A stretch of 64,000 nt of DNA, from contig NW_024704742.1 of NCBI RefSeq assembly GCF_018977255.1, positions 132,000,001-132,064,000 of the forward strand. The letters run 5' to 3'. Below are positions 25,742 through 38,283 of this stretch, one piece after another. Source of the DNA: Callorhinchus milii. Lineage: Eukaryota. Position 1 is the stretch's first letter. Each line of letters opens with the position of its first letter. The translations under genes were made by a program, and so were the position numbers. The notes beneath the pieces were generated by a model. It was not told the origin of the DNA. It worked only from the letters and a program-made list of their open reading frames with translations, and searched no databases.

Positions 25742-26375
25742 GCACTGAGCTACAGGACTTGAGGCATTAAGACATATAAAAACATTGCACTTTACCATGA
25801 AGTAATATTATGTGGGTGGCAATGCTGATAATAGTGGGATGAAATGCAGTGATTAATGGATAAAGTTAGGTTTTTATTCTTGTATCACAGTAATGACTTT
25901 ACATGCCATTTATTATAAATGGCCAATATTTTCTGGCATACACTGTATTTCTGCTCTTATGATGTATGCATTGTATTTTCTTTCATTCCAGGCACTTTAT
26001 TTCTCTACGCAAACCAAAAAAAAATGCCACCAATTAAAAGAACATTTAGGTCAACTTCTGCTGAATCCAATTTGGATCTTGCCATGAGGAACACTTTAAA
26101 GGAGATTATGAATATTAGGCCTATGGATTCTGTTTTGAGGCATCAAATTCATTACATGCTGAAATGAATCCATTCGTGTTACTTTGTAACTCAGTCTCTA
26201 AGAAAAAAACAAACACTCAAACTTAAGCTGTTTTTACGCCATAGAGTTAAGTGCTGGCAATAATGCTTTTCTACAGATGTGAATAATGGAAAGTTGGGCA
26301 GGACTGGAGAGCGGAATGGAGAAACAGGATTGTTATATTTCCTAGCATCGTAAAGCTGCAATGGGAGGATGTTTC

Positions 26376-27280
26376 TATGCAAACTCCCTGATTGTCGGCC
26401 TCCCCAACTCTCCCCTCACAAGCTACAAATTATCCAGAACTCTGCAGCCCGTGTCCTCTCCCGCACCAGGTTCTGCAACCCTATCTCCCGCATCCTCGCC
26501 CGGCTCCACTGGCTCCCCCATCAATCAGAGGATACAGTTCAAGATCCAGGTCCTCACCTTCAAAGCCCTCCACAGCCTTGCTCCCCTTACCTCTGTGACC
26601 TCCTAACCCCTACCAACTTATGCACTCCCCCTGCTCAGTGGGTTCCGGCCTGCTTCACGTCCTCTGCTTCACGTCCCAGAGGATTGATTTCAAGATCCTC
26701 ATCCTCACCTACAAGGCCATTCACGGCCTTGCTCCCTCCTACCTCTCCGACCTACTATCCCCCTACCTACCTGCCCGTACTCTCCGTTCCTCTGGCTCCG
26801 GTCTGCTCCACGTCCCCCGCCCCAACCGCCCTACCATCGGTGGTCGGGCCTTCAGCCTCTCATCTCCCAGGCTCTGGAACTCCATCCCCCAGTGCCTTCG
26901 CCTTGCTTCCTCCCTTTCCTCCTTCAAGGCCGGTCTCAAGACCTTTCTCTTTGACCGAGCCTTCAGCTCCCCTCTCGACTCTCTTCCCCCTCCTCGCTCC
27001 CTCCCTTCCCTCCCCTCACCCTGACCATTTCCCCCCTCCTCGCTCCCTCCCTTCCCTCCCCTCACCCTGACCATTTCCCCCCTGCTCGGGTCATGACCCA
27101 ACTGTGCAGCGCCTTGGGACGTCCTCCTGACGTGAAAGGCGCTTTATAAATGGAATCTTGTTGTTGTTGTTGTTGTTGTTGCTTTGCCTGCTCCGCCATT
27201 TGTGGTGGGGCCTTCAGCCACTCTGCTCTCACCCTCTGGAACTCCATCCCACAGTCCATCCACTTCATCCCCTCCCTTGC
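26376..27280 (+). mobile_element. Older L2 3' fragment split by the young L2 at 26675-27181
   Basis: KLQIIQNSAARVL...LARLHWLP at 26376-26674. Homology resumes at ~27185-27280 (GGGGCCTTCAGCCACTCTGC...CTCTGGAACTCCATCCC). Confidence 0.85.
26675..27181 (+). mobile_element. Young L2 3' fragment with tandemly duplicated 3'UTR unit and (TTG)8 tail
   Basis: Encodes QRIDFKILILTYKAIHGLAPSYL...GGRAFS...LWNS...FKAGLKTFLF; highly similar to the 3' end of 31128-33988. Confidence 0.93.
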
Positions 27281-29286
27281 TGCGATGAGAAGATAGGTAT
27301 TCTGGAAGGATGAGATCAGATGGACCGAAGGGCTTTCTTGATCCGAGCTAATCTTGTGACCTTGCAATCCATTCTCTCAGTGCAGTTTGCAAGATTTCTC
27401 AATATTATTTTTTTTTGCAAACAGCAGCTTTGTGGGGAGGTAAATGAAGCATCCTTCTGTCTCAAACGTATCAGCGGCTCTTTAAATTTCTTCAATAGTT
27501 GTAATTAAAAATTGATTTTAAGCAGACTTAATATTGTTCCATGGAATATAAAGGAGATTAATTATCTCATTAGTTATCCATCTGCCAATTAGCCAGAGGC
27601 AAGGTTCATGCCAGAACTGGCAATCCAAGGAAAAGTTATTTGCCAGCTTAGAGATAATACTTCTGCATTTGTTCCTTTGCCTACAATTTCCTTTGCCTTG
27701 AGGTATCAGCCTGGCTCAGTTGGTACGAGCCTTGTCTTTGACTCATAAGGTTGTGGGTTCAAGCTCCAGGTCAGGTTGGCTCTCCAGTGCAGGGCTGGAT
27801 GAGGACTATATTGCTGGAAGTGCAGTCCTACGATGAGATGATAAGACAAGGTTTTGATGGCCTGCTCAAGTGACATTAAAGATCCCACAACACCATTTGA
27901 AAAAGGGAAACATTTTCTTACCATTTCAAGACTTAAGGATGTCAGAAAATCAACTTCAAATTTAAGACCAAATTCAACTTTTTAGCAGAAAGTAGGAACC
28001 CAGTTGTTAGTCGATTGGCAGATCTCTTTTCAGGGTTAATAATCCCTCCCCTTGCGTGCCCCCCCTCCCAAAGAAAGATAAATGTAGTCAATCAATTCAC
28101 AACTGTTCATGGGACACTGCTGTGTGCAATTGGCTGCCATGTTTCGCCCACAAAATACACTTTAACAACAATCCACTTTAACAACAACAAATTACATTTG
28201 TATAGCACTTTTCAAATCAGGAGGATATCCCAAGGCATTGAAATACTTTACAATATAGTCTGTGAAACGCTTTGAGACGTCACAACGACCTGAAAAGGCG
28301 CTATATCAAATGCAAGGAATACTATGATAGTTATTATTATTTCTACAGGAGCTGAGAGGGAAGAATCCTTACATGATGTGGCCAGATGAGCTCTCAAAGC
28401 CCTACCAATGAGCCAGGCTGGCTGGTCTGTCATCAGCAGTGCTGAAAGCAAAAGCGGAATTTCTCTGCATCCAATGCAGTTTCTCAGTCGAGTACTGGGA
28501 ACGTATAGCTTGCTGTGCCATGAATGAGGAGGTGCTTAACAATCACTTCTAACTGATAGTTAGCAGTTAAGGCAGTTTTGAGAGTCAGGTTGCTTTTTAT
28601 ATCAGTACAAAAAGGGTACAGTTTAGGGAGTTGAATCAAACATGTTATGCAGACCATTGATTCTGAATAGCTTCATCAACCTCATCCCACTGAAAACTCT
28701 TAGAGCCCCAACCTAAATGCTCCCATGGAGGAGGTCAAGCAGAACAATTTTACTGGTAACAATTCAACACGTATAGAGAAGCAGATGAGAAAGCTGCTTG
28801 TTTACCCGTTTTAAAGGAAAGCTGTGATTCAAGCAATTTGTGAAAAAATACAATAGTAACATGTGGGGTAATGTTACAGAGATTGGTACTTTCCATGAGA
28901 TTTCTATCTTGCTGGGTACTTGACTTTGTGCTGTAGCACAGGAGGAGACACCAATCTCACCTGACAAGGATGAACTTCCAATTTCTCAGATGGCCCTATC
29001 ACTGCAGGGGAGGTGAAGGAGGCTGAAAAGGAAAAATGGGCAAAGCAGAAGTGCAGGCTGACACTCCAGTACTGTGCAGGGGGAGCGCAGAATTGTCAGA
29101 AGTACCAATCCTTCAGGTGATATGTCAATCTGTTTCCCCACCTGCCTGTTCAGGTGGATGTTAAAGATCCCATGACACTATTCAAAAAGAGAAGGGAGTT
29201 TCTCCCAGCGAAAGTAACAATTGCCCAGATAAAATTAGGGAATTTCTTTGAAACGTTCTCCAGACATGAAAGTCACTGTATCAAAT

Positions 29287-29600
29287 AAGAATAATCCTTG
29301 CATTTGGTATAGCATTTTTCACGTCTTTGAGACGTCTCAAAGCACTTCAAAGAATATACTGTGAAGTGAATTGACTATATTTATGGGTAAAATGCAACAG
29401 CCAATTGTGCAGAGCAGTGTCGCACAAACAGTCATGGATTGAGTGAACAAATTTTTTCTTTTTTTCTCTTTTTTTTCTTGAGGGATTATTACCAGGCATG
29501 TGGAGTAAAGAAACTTGCCCAAGGTTTCGCCCTGCCAGGAATTGAACCCAGGTCTCTAGCTTGCGAGGCGAGTGCTTGAACCACTGAGCTACAGGACTCC
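29287..29600 (-). mobile_element. SINE-A
   Basis: Reverse complement reads GGAGTCCTGTAGCTCAGTGG...CTCGCAA...GGTTCAATTCC. Confidence 0.9.
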
Positions 29601-29843
29601 ATGTAAAGATGGAAGAATGGAAGGGTTCCGAAATGAATATGTAAATAGAGGCTTGTTTGGACTGGCACATTCTGTTGATTAAATTTCCTAGAATCAGAGA
29701 TTGAATGAACCAAATGGTTAAAGAAACCGCAAAAATGGTAAAGGAAAATGTATCACCTATTATGAAAATGACATAGAATTACATTGATATAGAATTGCTG
29801 TACATAGATCATTATAGCACCAAAACAGAATAGTTGTCCTAAC

Positions 29844-30062
29844 TCTATGGAGAAAGGAAAGTGAGCTAACGTTTCAGGTCAACGACCTTTCACCAGAACT
29901 TAGGGATGTCAGAAGGTTATAGTTGACTCCCTTCTAACATCCTCCAGATCTGAAGAAAAGTCATCGACCTGAAACGTTGACTTACTTTCTTCTCTCCATA
30001 GATGCTGCCTGACCTGCTGAGTGTGCCCAGCAACTTCTGTTTTTATTTCAGATTTCCAGCAT
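29844..30062. mobile_element. Penelope-like pLTR-derived fold-back repeat with two degenerate minimal hammerhead motifs
   Basis: 57-bp inverted arms 29844-29900 and 29946-30002 (46/57 identical); CTGAAGA-A-stem-GAAACGTT on +, CTGGTGA-A-AGGTC-GTT-GACCT-GAAACGTT on -. Confidence 0.7.
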
Positions 30063-30169
30063 TTTGGTCGTCCTAACTCGTCTGTTTTAGTGTTTAAACC
30101 TCTACCGCTTCTAAATCCCTCTCCCACCCATCTATTTCTTTCTCTCTCAACATACATCAAGTTTCTTGT

Positions 30170-30850
30170 TAAATACTTTGTATTAAACGTTGTGCCTCAC
30201 CATAGCTTCTGGCAATGAGCTCCATATCTTCCCCACGCTCTGCATAAAAACGTGTCTCTTAATTTAGGGTGACCATATTTTGTAAACCAAATCCATGGAC
30301 ACACATATAAAAAAGATTGAACTCAGCACAATTCCTGATGCTGTCAGTACTGTAGAAGCTTGTTGGATTATTGTCTGTGTTTCTCCGATGAGTGTATCTG
30401 TTTTAGAATTTTATTGTTCTTGCTCATGTTGTTGCTGAACTCAAGACAGGGCAAATTTGGCCCAAGAGACAATATAATAATATAATAATTATAATAATAG
30501 TAATAATAATCCTTGCATTTGCTATAGAGCCTTATCGAGTCATTGAGATATCTCAAAGCGCTTCATAGAATATATTACAAAGTCGATTGACTGTCATCAA
30601 GGGACTGTCAGCAGAAATCAGGGAAGTATTGTCACCTTATGACCTAAACTCCTTTTTAAATCTGTCACTGGTTATCTTATATTCATGCCACTTCGTTTTG
30701 GACTTGCTAACAGATGGAAACAGCCTATTGATGTGCACTTTGCCAAATTCTTTCATAATTTTAAATGACTCTATCAGGTGCCTTCTCAATTGTCTCATCT
30801 CCAGAGAGCAAATCTCAAACCTGTCCAGTCTTTCTGCATCCACCTGACGC
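30170..30850 (-). mobile_element. CR1 3' fragment split by a hAT-like MITE
   Basis: CSLEMRQLRRHLIESFKIMK...KTKWHEYK at 30640-30850; continues at 30170-30264. Confidence 0.7.
30265..30639. mobile_element. Probable hAT (Blackjack/MER81-like) MITE remnant containing a SINE tail
   Basis: Left end TAGGGTGACCATAT; right end GTATTGTCACCTTA (11/14 inverted match); GGGAC subterminal motifs; interrupts a CR1. Confidence 0.55.
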
Positions 30851-31127
30851 TGGTTACATCCCAGTAAATCTACTTTAAATTCTCTGCCTGTTACAATACC
30901 CATCTTGTAGTTTACAAAAAAAATAAAAGTTTTATGGCACATGTGCAACACTGCCATCCAATGTTCACAATATTCTTATTTCAGGCAAAGCATATTCTTA
31001 TTGTAATTATAAGGGCTGATAATCATATTTATTATCAAGTCTGATGTGGACAACAAAAATGGTTGACAAAGCAGAGAATTAAAAAATAACAAGGTGAAAA
31101 CAAGGGTGGGTGAATATTCATTGCTGT

Positions 31128-33988
31128 ACAACAACAAGATTCCATTTATTGAGCGCCTTTCACGTTGGGAGGACGTCCCAAGGCGCTGTACAGTTGGGTC
31201 AGGACCCAAGCAGGGGAGAAATGGTCAGGGTGAGGGGAGGGAAGGGAGGGAGCGAGGAGGGGGTAGAGAGTCGAGAGGGGAGCTGAAGGCACGGTCAAAG
31301 AGAAAGGTCTTGAGACCGGCCTTGAAGGAGGAAAGGGAGGAGGCGGCGAAGCCACTGGGGGATAGAGTTCCAGAGCCTAGGGGCTGAGAGGCTGAAGGCC
31401 CGGCCACCGATGGTAGGGCGGTTGGGGCGGGGGATGTGGAGCAGACCGGAGCCAGAGGAACGGAGGGTACGGGCAGGTAGGTAGGGGGATAGTAGGTCGG
31501 AGAGGTAGGGGGGAGCAAGGCCGTGAATGGCCTTGTAGGTGAGGATGAGGATCTTGAAATCGATCCTCTGGGGGATGGGGAGCCAGTGGAGGCGAGTGAG
31601 GGTGGGAATGATGTGTTGTGAAGCCTGGTGCGGGACAGTACACGAGCTGCAGAGTTCTGAATGACCTGCAGCTTGTGGAGGGAGGTACCGGGAAGGCCGG
31701 CGAGGAGAGAGTTCCCATAGTCCAGCCTTGAGGTGACAAAGGCGTGAACCAGGGTTTCAGCAGCGTGAGGGGTGAGGTAGTGCCGTAGTCTGGTGACATT
31801 CCGGAGGTGATGGAAGGCGGTGCCAGTTGTGGCGCGGATATGAGGGAGAAAGGACAGCTCAGGGTCGAACAGAACCCCGAGGTTCCTGATGGCTTTGAGA
31901 GGTGGAGAGTGCAGCCTTGGATGCTGATGCTGAGGTGCGGAGGCGCTGACGTGAGCCAATCAGGAGGGCCTCAGTTTTACGCACGTTGAGCTGAAGAAAG
32001 TTGTCTCTTGTCCAGGACTCGATGTCGGACAGGCAGCTGTCAGGACATCGGTGGTCGTGGAGTTGAGGGTAGAGGAGGAAAGGTAGAGTTGGGTGTCATC
32101 CGCATACATGTGGAAGTTAACCCCATGTCTGCGGATGATGTCACCAAGGGGGAGCATATAGAGGGTGAAGAAGAGGGGACCGAGGACAGAGCCTTGAGGG
32201 ATACCGCACGAGACAGTGCGGGGGCTGGAGGTAAAACCATTCGTGGAAACAAAGTGAAGACGGTGGGAGAGGTACGACCTAAACCACTCAAGGACAGGGC
32301 CTTGAAGGTTTAGGTGGGAGGACAAGCGGTGGAGGAGGATAGCATGGTCGACCGTATCGAATGCTGCCGATAGGTCGAGGAGGACGAGGAGGCAGAGGGA
32401 GCCCTGGTCACAGATGGTCAGGATGTCATTGGTGACCTTGACCAGGGCAGTTTCTGTGCTATGGGCAGCACGGAAACCCGACTGAAGGGGTTCGAATAAT
32501 GAATGGGTGGAGAGGAAAGAGCGCAGCTGGGAGGCGACAACTTGTTCCAGGACCTTGGACAGGAAGGGGAGGTTGGAGATGGGCCGGTAGCTTGATAGCT
32601 GCGACGCATCAAGGGAGGGTTTTTTCAAGGTGGGAGTGATGGTGGCAGTTTTTAAGGGAATGGGAACAGAGCCAGAGGAGAGGGACAGGTTGACGATGTC
32701 TGTGATATGTGGGGCAAGGAGGTGGAGCTGGGAGATAAGGAGTGGAGTGGGGATGGGGTCAAGGGAGCAGGTGGTGGGTTTCAGGGATAGGATGAGTTTG
32801 GTGACAGAGGGTGGGGAAACGGGTACGAAAGTGTGTAGGGGAGGATGGGTAGGAGTCGGAGTGTGGGAGGGAGGGTTGGGGGGTGGGTGGATGTTGGAGG
32901 GGAAGTGACCGCGGAGCGAATTCCCTTGATTTTGGATTCAAGGAAATCCAGCATCTCCTCGCAGTGAAGGTTGGAGGAGATGACCTGCGCGGGGTGGCGG
33001 GGGGGATGGAGGAGTCGGGATGTGGTAGAAAACAGTAGCCTGGGGTTGTTCTTCGCCTTCGAAGGACGATTTGGCCGAGGCTAGAGTGGAGCGATAGATT
33101 TTGAGGAGGTCCAGCCAGATTTGTCGGTGGACCGTTAGGCCAGATTTGACGCAGGTGCGTTCAGCGGCCCGCACCTGGCTCTTCAGTGAGCGGAGGTGGG
33201 TGGTGAACCAGGGGGAGGAGCGAGAGTAGGAGACAGTACGGGAGGTGATGGGGGCAAGAGTGTCAAGTGTGGAGGAGAGGGTGTTGTGGAGGAGGGTGAG
33301 AGCAGAAGAGGGGTCAGTGAGGGTTGAAGGCCAGAGGGAGAGGAGTTCAGAGGACTCCAAGGCAGCGGTTAGGGATTGTGGGGGTAACTTCTTCCAGGGG
33401 CGGTAGAAGATGGTGGTGGGTCTGGTGGAGGTGGGGAGGGGGGTGGAGGTGGTGAAGGAGATGAAGTGGTGGTCGGAGACGGCCTTGTCGGTGATAGTGA
33501 CATCCGAGACACTGAGGCCCCGGGTGATCACCAAGTCGAGTGGGTGGCCGTGACTGTGAGTGGGGGAGTTGATGTGGAGGGAGAGGTTGAGCGAGGAGAG
33601 CAGGGAAGAGAAATCTGAGGAGATTGAGCAGGAGGGGGTGAAGTGCAGGTTAAAGTCACCCAGGATGATGAGGCGATCAGAGCAGAGGCAGAGAGATGTA
33701 AGAAGTATCGAAATATCGGAGATGAAGGTGGGAGAGGTTTTAGGGGGCCGGTAGAGGAGGAGGATTTTAAGTGAGAGGAAGGAGGGATGGGAGAGGGTGA
33801 GGTGCTCAAAAGAGGGGAAAGAGCCAGAGGAGTAGGGGGATAGGACAAGTGGTGTCCTTGAGATAAGGGCAACACCACCGCCACGGCGGTTGGCGCGAGG
33901 GATGTGGTGGGAGGTGTAACCGGGTGGTGTGGCCTCCGTGAGGGGGAAGGTGTCGCCTGGGGTTAGCAGGTTTCCGTTAAGGCCATCA
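31128..33988 (-). mobile_element. Young, 5'-truncated L2-clade LINE (~2.9 kb) with (TTG)n tail
   Basis: Minus-strand translation gives APE endonuclease motifs (ALTET, RRGGGVAL, LYRPP, LGDFNLH, GHPLDLV, SDHH) and RT motifs ([47 protein letters not shown]). The C-terminus has the L2-type [17 protein letters not shown]-rich 3'UTR and (CAA)n on the + strand at 31128. Confidence 0.95.
31225..33986 (-). pseudogene. Disrupted L2 ORF2 (APE endonuclease + reverse transcriptase), split by several frameshifts
   Basis: ORF-track pieces 33528-33884, 32938-33534, 31960-32628 (RT core with YADD) and 31225-31959 are collinear parts of one ORF2 in different frames. Confidence 0.9.
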
Positions 33989-34239
33989 AGGATGAGTACA
34001 GTAGATTGTGACAGAAAATAAATGCAATAAAATTAGAGACTTCTTGTAGTTAACCAGGATAGTGTTTTTTTTTGTTTTCAGCAATGATTCTTGTCCATTA
34101 TAACAACAACAAGATTACATTTGTATAGCGCCTTTCACATCTTAATAATAATTAATAATAATAATACCGCATTACAATTCAATGTAACCCTGACATAAGA
34201 TGACTAGATCCATGGTAATGAGGAACAATAATAAAAACT

Positions 34240-34602
34240 GAGTCCCGTAACTTAGTGGTTAGCAGGCTCGCCTCGCAAGAAAGAGGACCCGGGTTCAATT
34301 CCCGGGCAGGGCAAAACCTTAGCCAAATTTTCTTACTCCACATGCCTCTGTTTATCTAGCACAAAGTAGGAACTCGGTTGTTAGTTGTTTGGTGGATCGC
34401 TTTCCAGAGATAATAATCCCTTAAAAAAATTTGGTCACTCAATCCACGACTGTTTCTGAGACACTGCTGTGTGCAATTGGCTGCCGCATTTCGTCCACAA
34501 AACAGTCAATCCACTTTACGATTTGTGTGAAGTGCTTTGAGACATCAAACGATGTGATTAGGTATTATATCAAATGCAAGGATTATTGTTACTATTATTA
34601 TT
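34240..34602 (+). mobile_element. SINE-A, full length
   Basis: A/B boxes, body, TCAAATGCAAGGATTATT tail. Confidence 0.9.
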
Positions 34603-35015
34603 TAAACTGTGTGCTTCACGCAGGATAGTGTCTCGGACTCTCAATTTATTGCATTTATGTTCTGTTCCTTGCAACTGAACAGCAGTGAACAGCCATCCTT
34701 GTTGTCAACTTGTCATTTGTTAATTCTCTGACTTGCCCCAGTAGGTTATTGAAGAACAAAGGACAGGTTAGTGATTTGAACCACCCACCCTGGTCTGCTT
34801 TGGAATACATAGGCAGAACTCTGACTTGTTCCCTTCATCACCTTGTTCAAGGCCTGTCTCAAACCGAACCTCTTTGACTACCCTTTCCCCTCCTCACCCT
34901 CAGGTCCAAACCCTGATTGTTCAGCACCTTGGGATATCCTCCCAATGAGAAATGTACTAAACACATGTGATTTTATTTTGTATTGTACTGTACTGCATTA
35001 ATATACTCAAATCCA

Positions 35016-35325
35016 GGAGTCCTGTAGCTCAGTGGTTGGAGCACTTGGCTCGCAAGCGAGCAGACCTGAGGTCGATTCCTGGCAGGTCAAAACTTTGGGC
35101 ACGTTTCCTTGCTCCACACACCTGATAATAATCCCTCAAGAAGAAAAAGTAATAAATTGGTCACTTCAATCCACGACTGTTAGTGGGACACTGCTGTGTG
35201 CAATTGGCTGTCGCGTTTCACCTACAAATATTCAGTCAATTCACTTTACGTATATCCTGGGGAGTGTTTTGAGACGTTTAGAAGACCTGAAAAGCGCTAT
35301 ATAAAAGGCAAGGAGTATTATTATA
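35016..35325 (+). mobile_element. SINE-A
   Basis: GGAGTCCTGTAGCTCAGTGG head and shared tail. Confidence 0.88.
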
Positions 35326-36203
35326 TTATTGTCCCATTGTTTTTCTTTGAAGGACAAAAATGATCTTTCCTTTCAAGTTTCTTTCCTTTCACGTTTCCTA
35401 AACTATGTAGTCTACCCCAACTAAAAGGTTAGAAAGGTACCCCCTTTCCTATGACTTTTTTCTGAACACTGCTATTCAAAGACCCAGAATTTACAACACA
35501 GTACAGTACAATTTACACTTAGTGATTCATGTTAGGAAGACGTCCCATAGCCCTAGCACTCACTTCCCCTGGCCCGAGCCTTCATACCTTTGTCTTATAA
35601 CTGAAGATGGAGCACAATTTGGGAAAATTCAGTCTTAATTTGGGTCATCATACAATCCATACTTATTCACACAGTAGCCTTATAGCAAACGAGCAGAGGA
35701 GATATTTAATCCCCCATGTCCCAGAGGTGAAAAAGCAACATCTAACCAACTGTGCCACGTTTTCTTCAGCCAGGTGAATGTATTTGATAATTAGTGTTGA
35801 ATTGTTTAGCACCCTGTTGTTTGTTAGTAATATCCTGGAAGATCCCCAAATCAGGCTTCGGAGATCAGAATTTACTGACTATAACCTTCAGTGGTTCAGT
35901 TGATATTCTGCTCAGAAATGAGTCCCAAAGCCCTTTGGTGAGTTAAGAAAATAAACAAAACACATTCTCACTCTCTTTTAAGAGGCAGCAGTCTTGAAAA
36001 TTTGTGGCATTCGAACACTGGGGAGACCATACGCATGCAGTTGCATTTGTGCCTCAGGTTGTCTGTTCATGTCCTAAACCAAATCTGCTAGAAAAACACA
36101 GACACAACAAAAACATGATCCCAAAAGCATCATGAAGAAATCATGATCCCAAACCATGGCTTTTGCTTTCCCTTTTTTCCTGGAAATTTCTATGTGTTTT
36201 CCA

Positions 36204-36527
36204 GATGATCCCAGCCGGACAAGTAGCGGGAAAGCTTGCCGGACAGTGTTTTCAATGGCAAGCTATGTGATTTTAGCTAGTTAGACACAATTAGTACCCA
36301 AATGTATACTCTGAGATCCCCAAGCCAAACTGTGCCTAATACTTACCAGGATTAGGTAAGCCGGATGAGGCCCTCCAGGGAGAGAGAGTGGCACATTCCA
36401 TTCCAACAAACATCTCTGAAATTTCCATGTATTGGTGGGATGCACAGTACTCTCAGTTTGGTTTGGATACTCTTAAGCATGGTGATGGGTTTCCGGATGT
36501 GTCAGACATCCGGCTGACAAAAAAAAA
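36204..36527 (+). mobile_element. Family C, slightly 5'-truncated, A9 tail
   Basis: Ends GTGTCAGACATCCGGCTGAC-A9. Confidence 0.8.
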
Positions 36528-37485
36528 CATTTTTCCAGACAATGCTGAAGGAGAAACCCGTCTGCGACCACAAAGCTGAGCTTCCAGTGAGGCAAAGTAT
36601 CCCTGGTAAATGGAGGATTTACTGGTTACGTATGACCCTAATAAATTAGATCCAAATTGACTATAAGTGTATAACAAAGAAAACAACACTCTTTAAAAGA
36701 CTGAGGACTTCAGTGAACTTAAATGAGATTTTGACAAGAAAAATAAACAATCACTTTAAGAGAAAATAGGAAGCTTTAGGGTATAAGGTTTGAGATTCAC
36801 CTGACGTCACAGAGCAGCGAAGGGATTCAGACAGGCTTAACAGCTGTGAAAGCTACAGGCTGCAATAGCACACTTGCAAATAAGGATCTTAACTGGGGCA
36901 AGAAGTGTATAATACTCAGTATGACAGATAGTTATGAATAACTCAAACTCAAGGATGCAGAACACATTGGAGGAGCAGATTGGAATGAACCCAAAATAAC
37001 AAGGAGTACGGTAAGATTGATTTGAGAAGCAAGACGCAATGCGGCTTTGATAGATAATCCAGGTGAGCGAGGCTAAAGTCTCCCAAATAGGTGTTCAATT
37101 ACATCAATTGGATTGAGGCTTAAAAAGTACAGAAATTCTTTAAACGAGGCTGAAGTCCTTCTGTTAATACAAAGCAGACCAGGAAACTGCTGAAATATCA
37201 ATGTACGGACTTGTCCAACAGGCACTGGAGGACTTAAGGAATCTCAGTGAAGAGGATAGCTAAGATGGTAAAAATCACCTCTGTGAAAAGAGGAGTAGGT
37301 GCATGTTCAACTTCAAAGAGCGACAGGATTTACACACCCCACTTGAAAACGTTCAGCTGTTTGTTTCAACCATTTCGCTGCACAAGAGGAAATTTAACAA
37401 TTAAGAAGGAAACCAGAGCTATTCCCATTCTTTATCAGCTTGAAGATACTTCACCCAGGCATTCATTATTGCTGCTTTTTGACAA

Positions 37486-37872
37486 TAATAACATATAATA
37501 ATAATAATAATAATACTTGCATTTGATATAGTGCCTTATCAGGTCATTGAGATGCCTCAAAGTGCTTCACAGAATATACTGTAAAGTGAATGTACACTTT
37601 GTGAGCGAAACACAGCAGCCGATTGTGCACAACAGTGTTCCACAAACAATCATAGATTGAGTGATCAAATTATTAATATTTTATTAATGATTTTATTTTC
37701 TTTGAAGGGATTATAACCCTGGGAAAGTGATCCACCAATCGACTAACAACCAGGTTCCTACTTACTGCTAGGTAAACAGAAGCATGTGAATTAAGGAAAC
37801 TTCCCTAAGATTTTGAACCCAAGTCCTCTCGCTTGTGAGGCAAGTGATCTAACCAATATGCTACAGGGCTCC
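37486..37872 (-). mobile_element. SINE-A
   Basis: Tail, body and head collinear with the other copies. Confidence 0.85.
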
Positions 37873-37923
37873 AGAAGGGACACATCAGAATATTGACAGT
37901 AGCCCTGATGTCATCTCTTCCTG

Positions 37924-38283
37924 TTTTTTTTTGATCAGCTAACTGTCTGACACATGCAGGAACTCATCATTTTCAAGGGTATTGAAATCAGACTTCCACA
38001 CATGCCACCTCCAATGGGAATATCCCTGTGTTTGGAATGGAATGCACACTCTCTCACTAGAGGGACACACTCTGCTTATCTAATTCTGGAGCGTATTGGG
38101 CACAGGTTGTTGGAAGCCAAGTTCTTGGGGACCCCAGAGTGTGTGTTGGAGTAACTGCTGGATTATAACCAGCTAAAAAGAAATGCACAGCTTGCCATTG
38201 AAAGCAATGTCTGACAAGCTTCCTGCTGCTTGTCCAGCTTGGACTATCTGACCCATTAGAACTTTGACATGCAGGGTTAACAG
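37924..38283 (-). mobile_element. Family C, near full length
   Basis: T9 start on + strand; ends GCAGGGTTAACAG. Confidence 0.78.

Noticed and set aside
35016..35090. Bona fide tRNA-Ala genes
   Set aside because: The heads run into SINE bodies, carry independent mutations and lack G3-U70.
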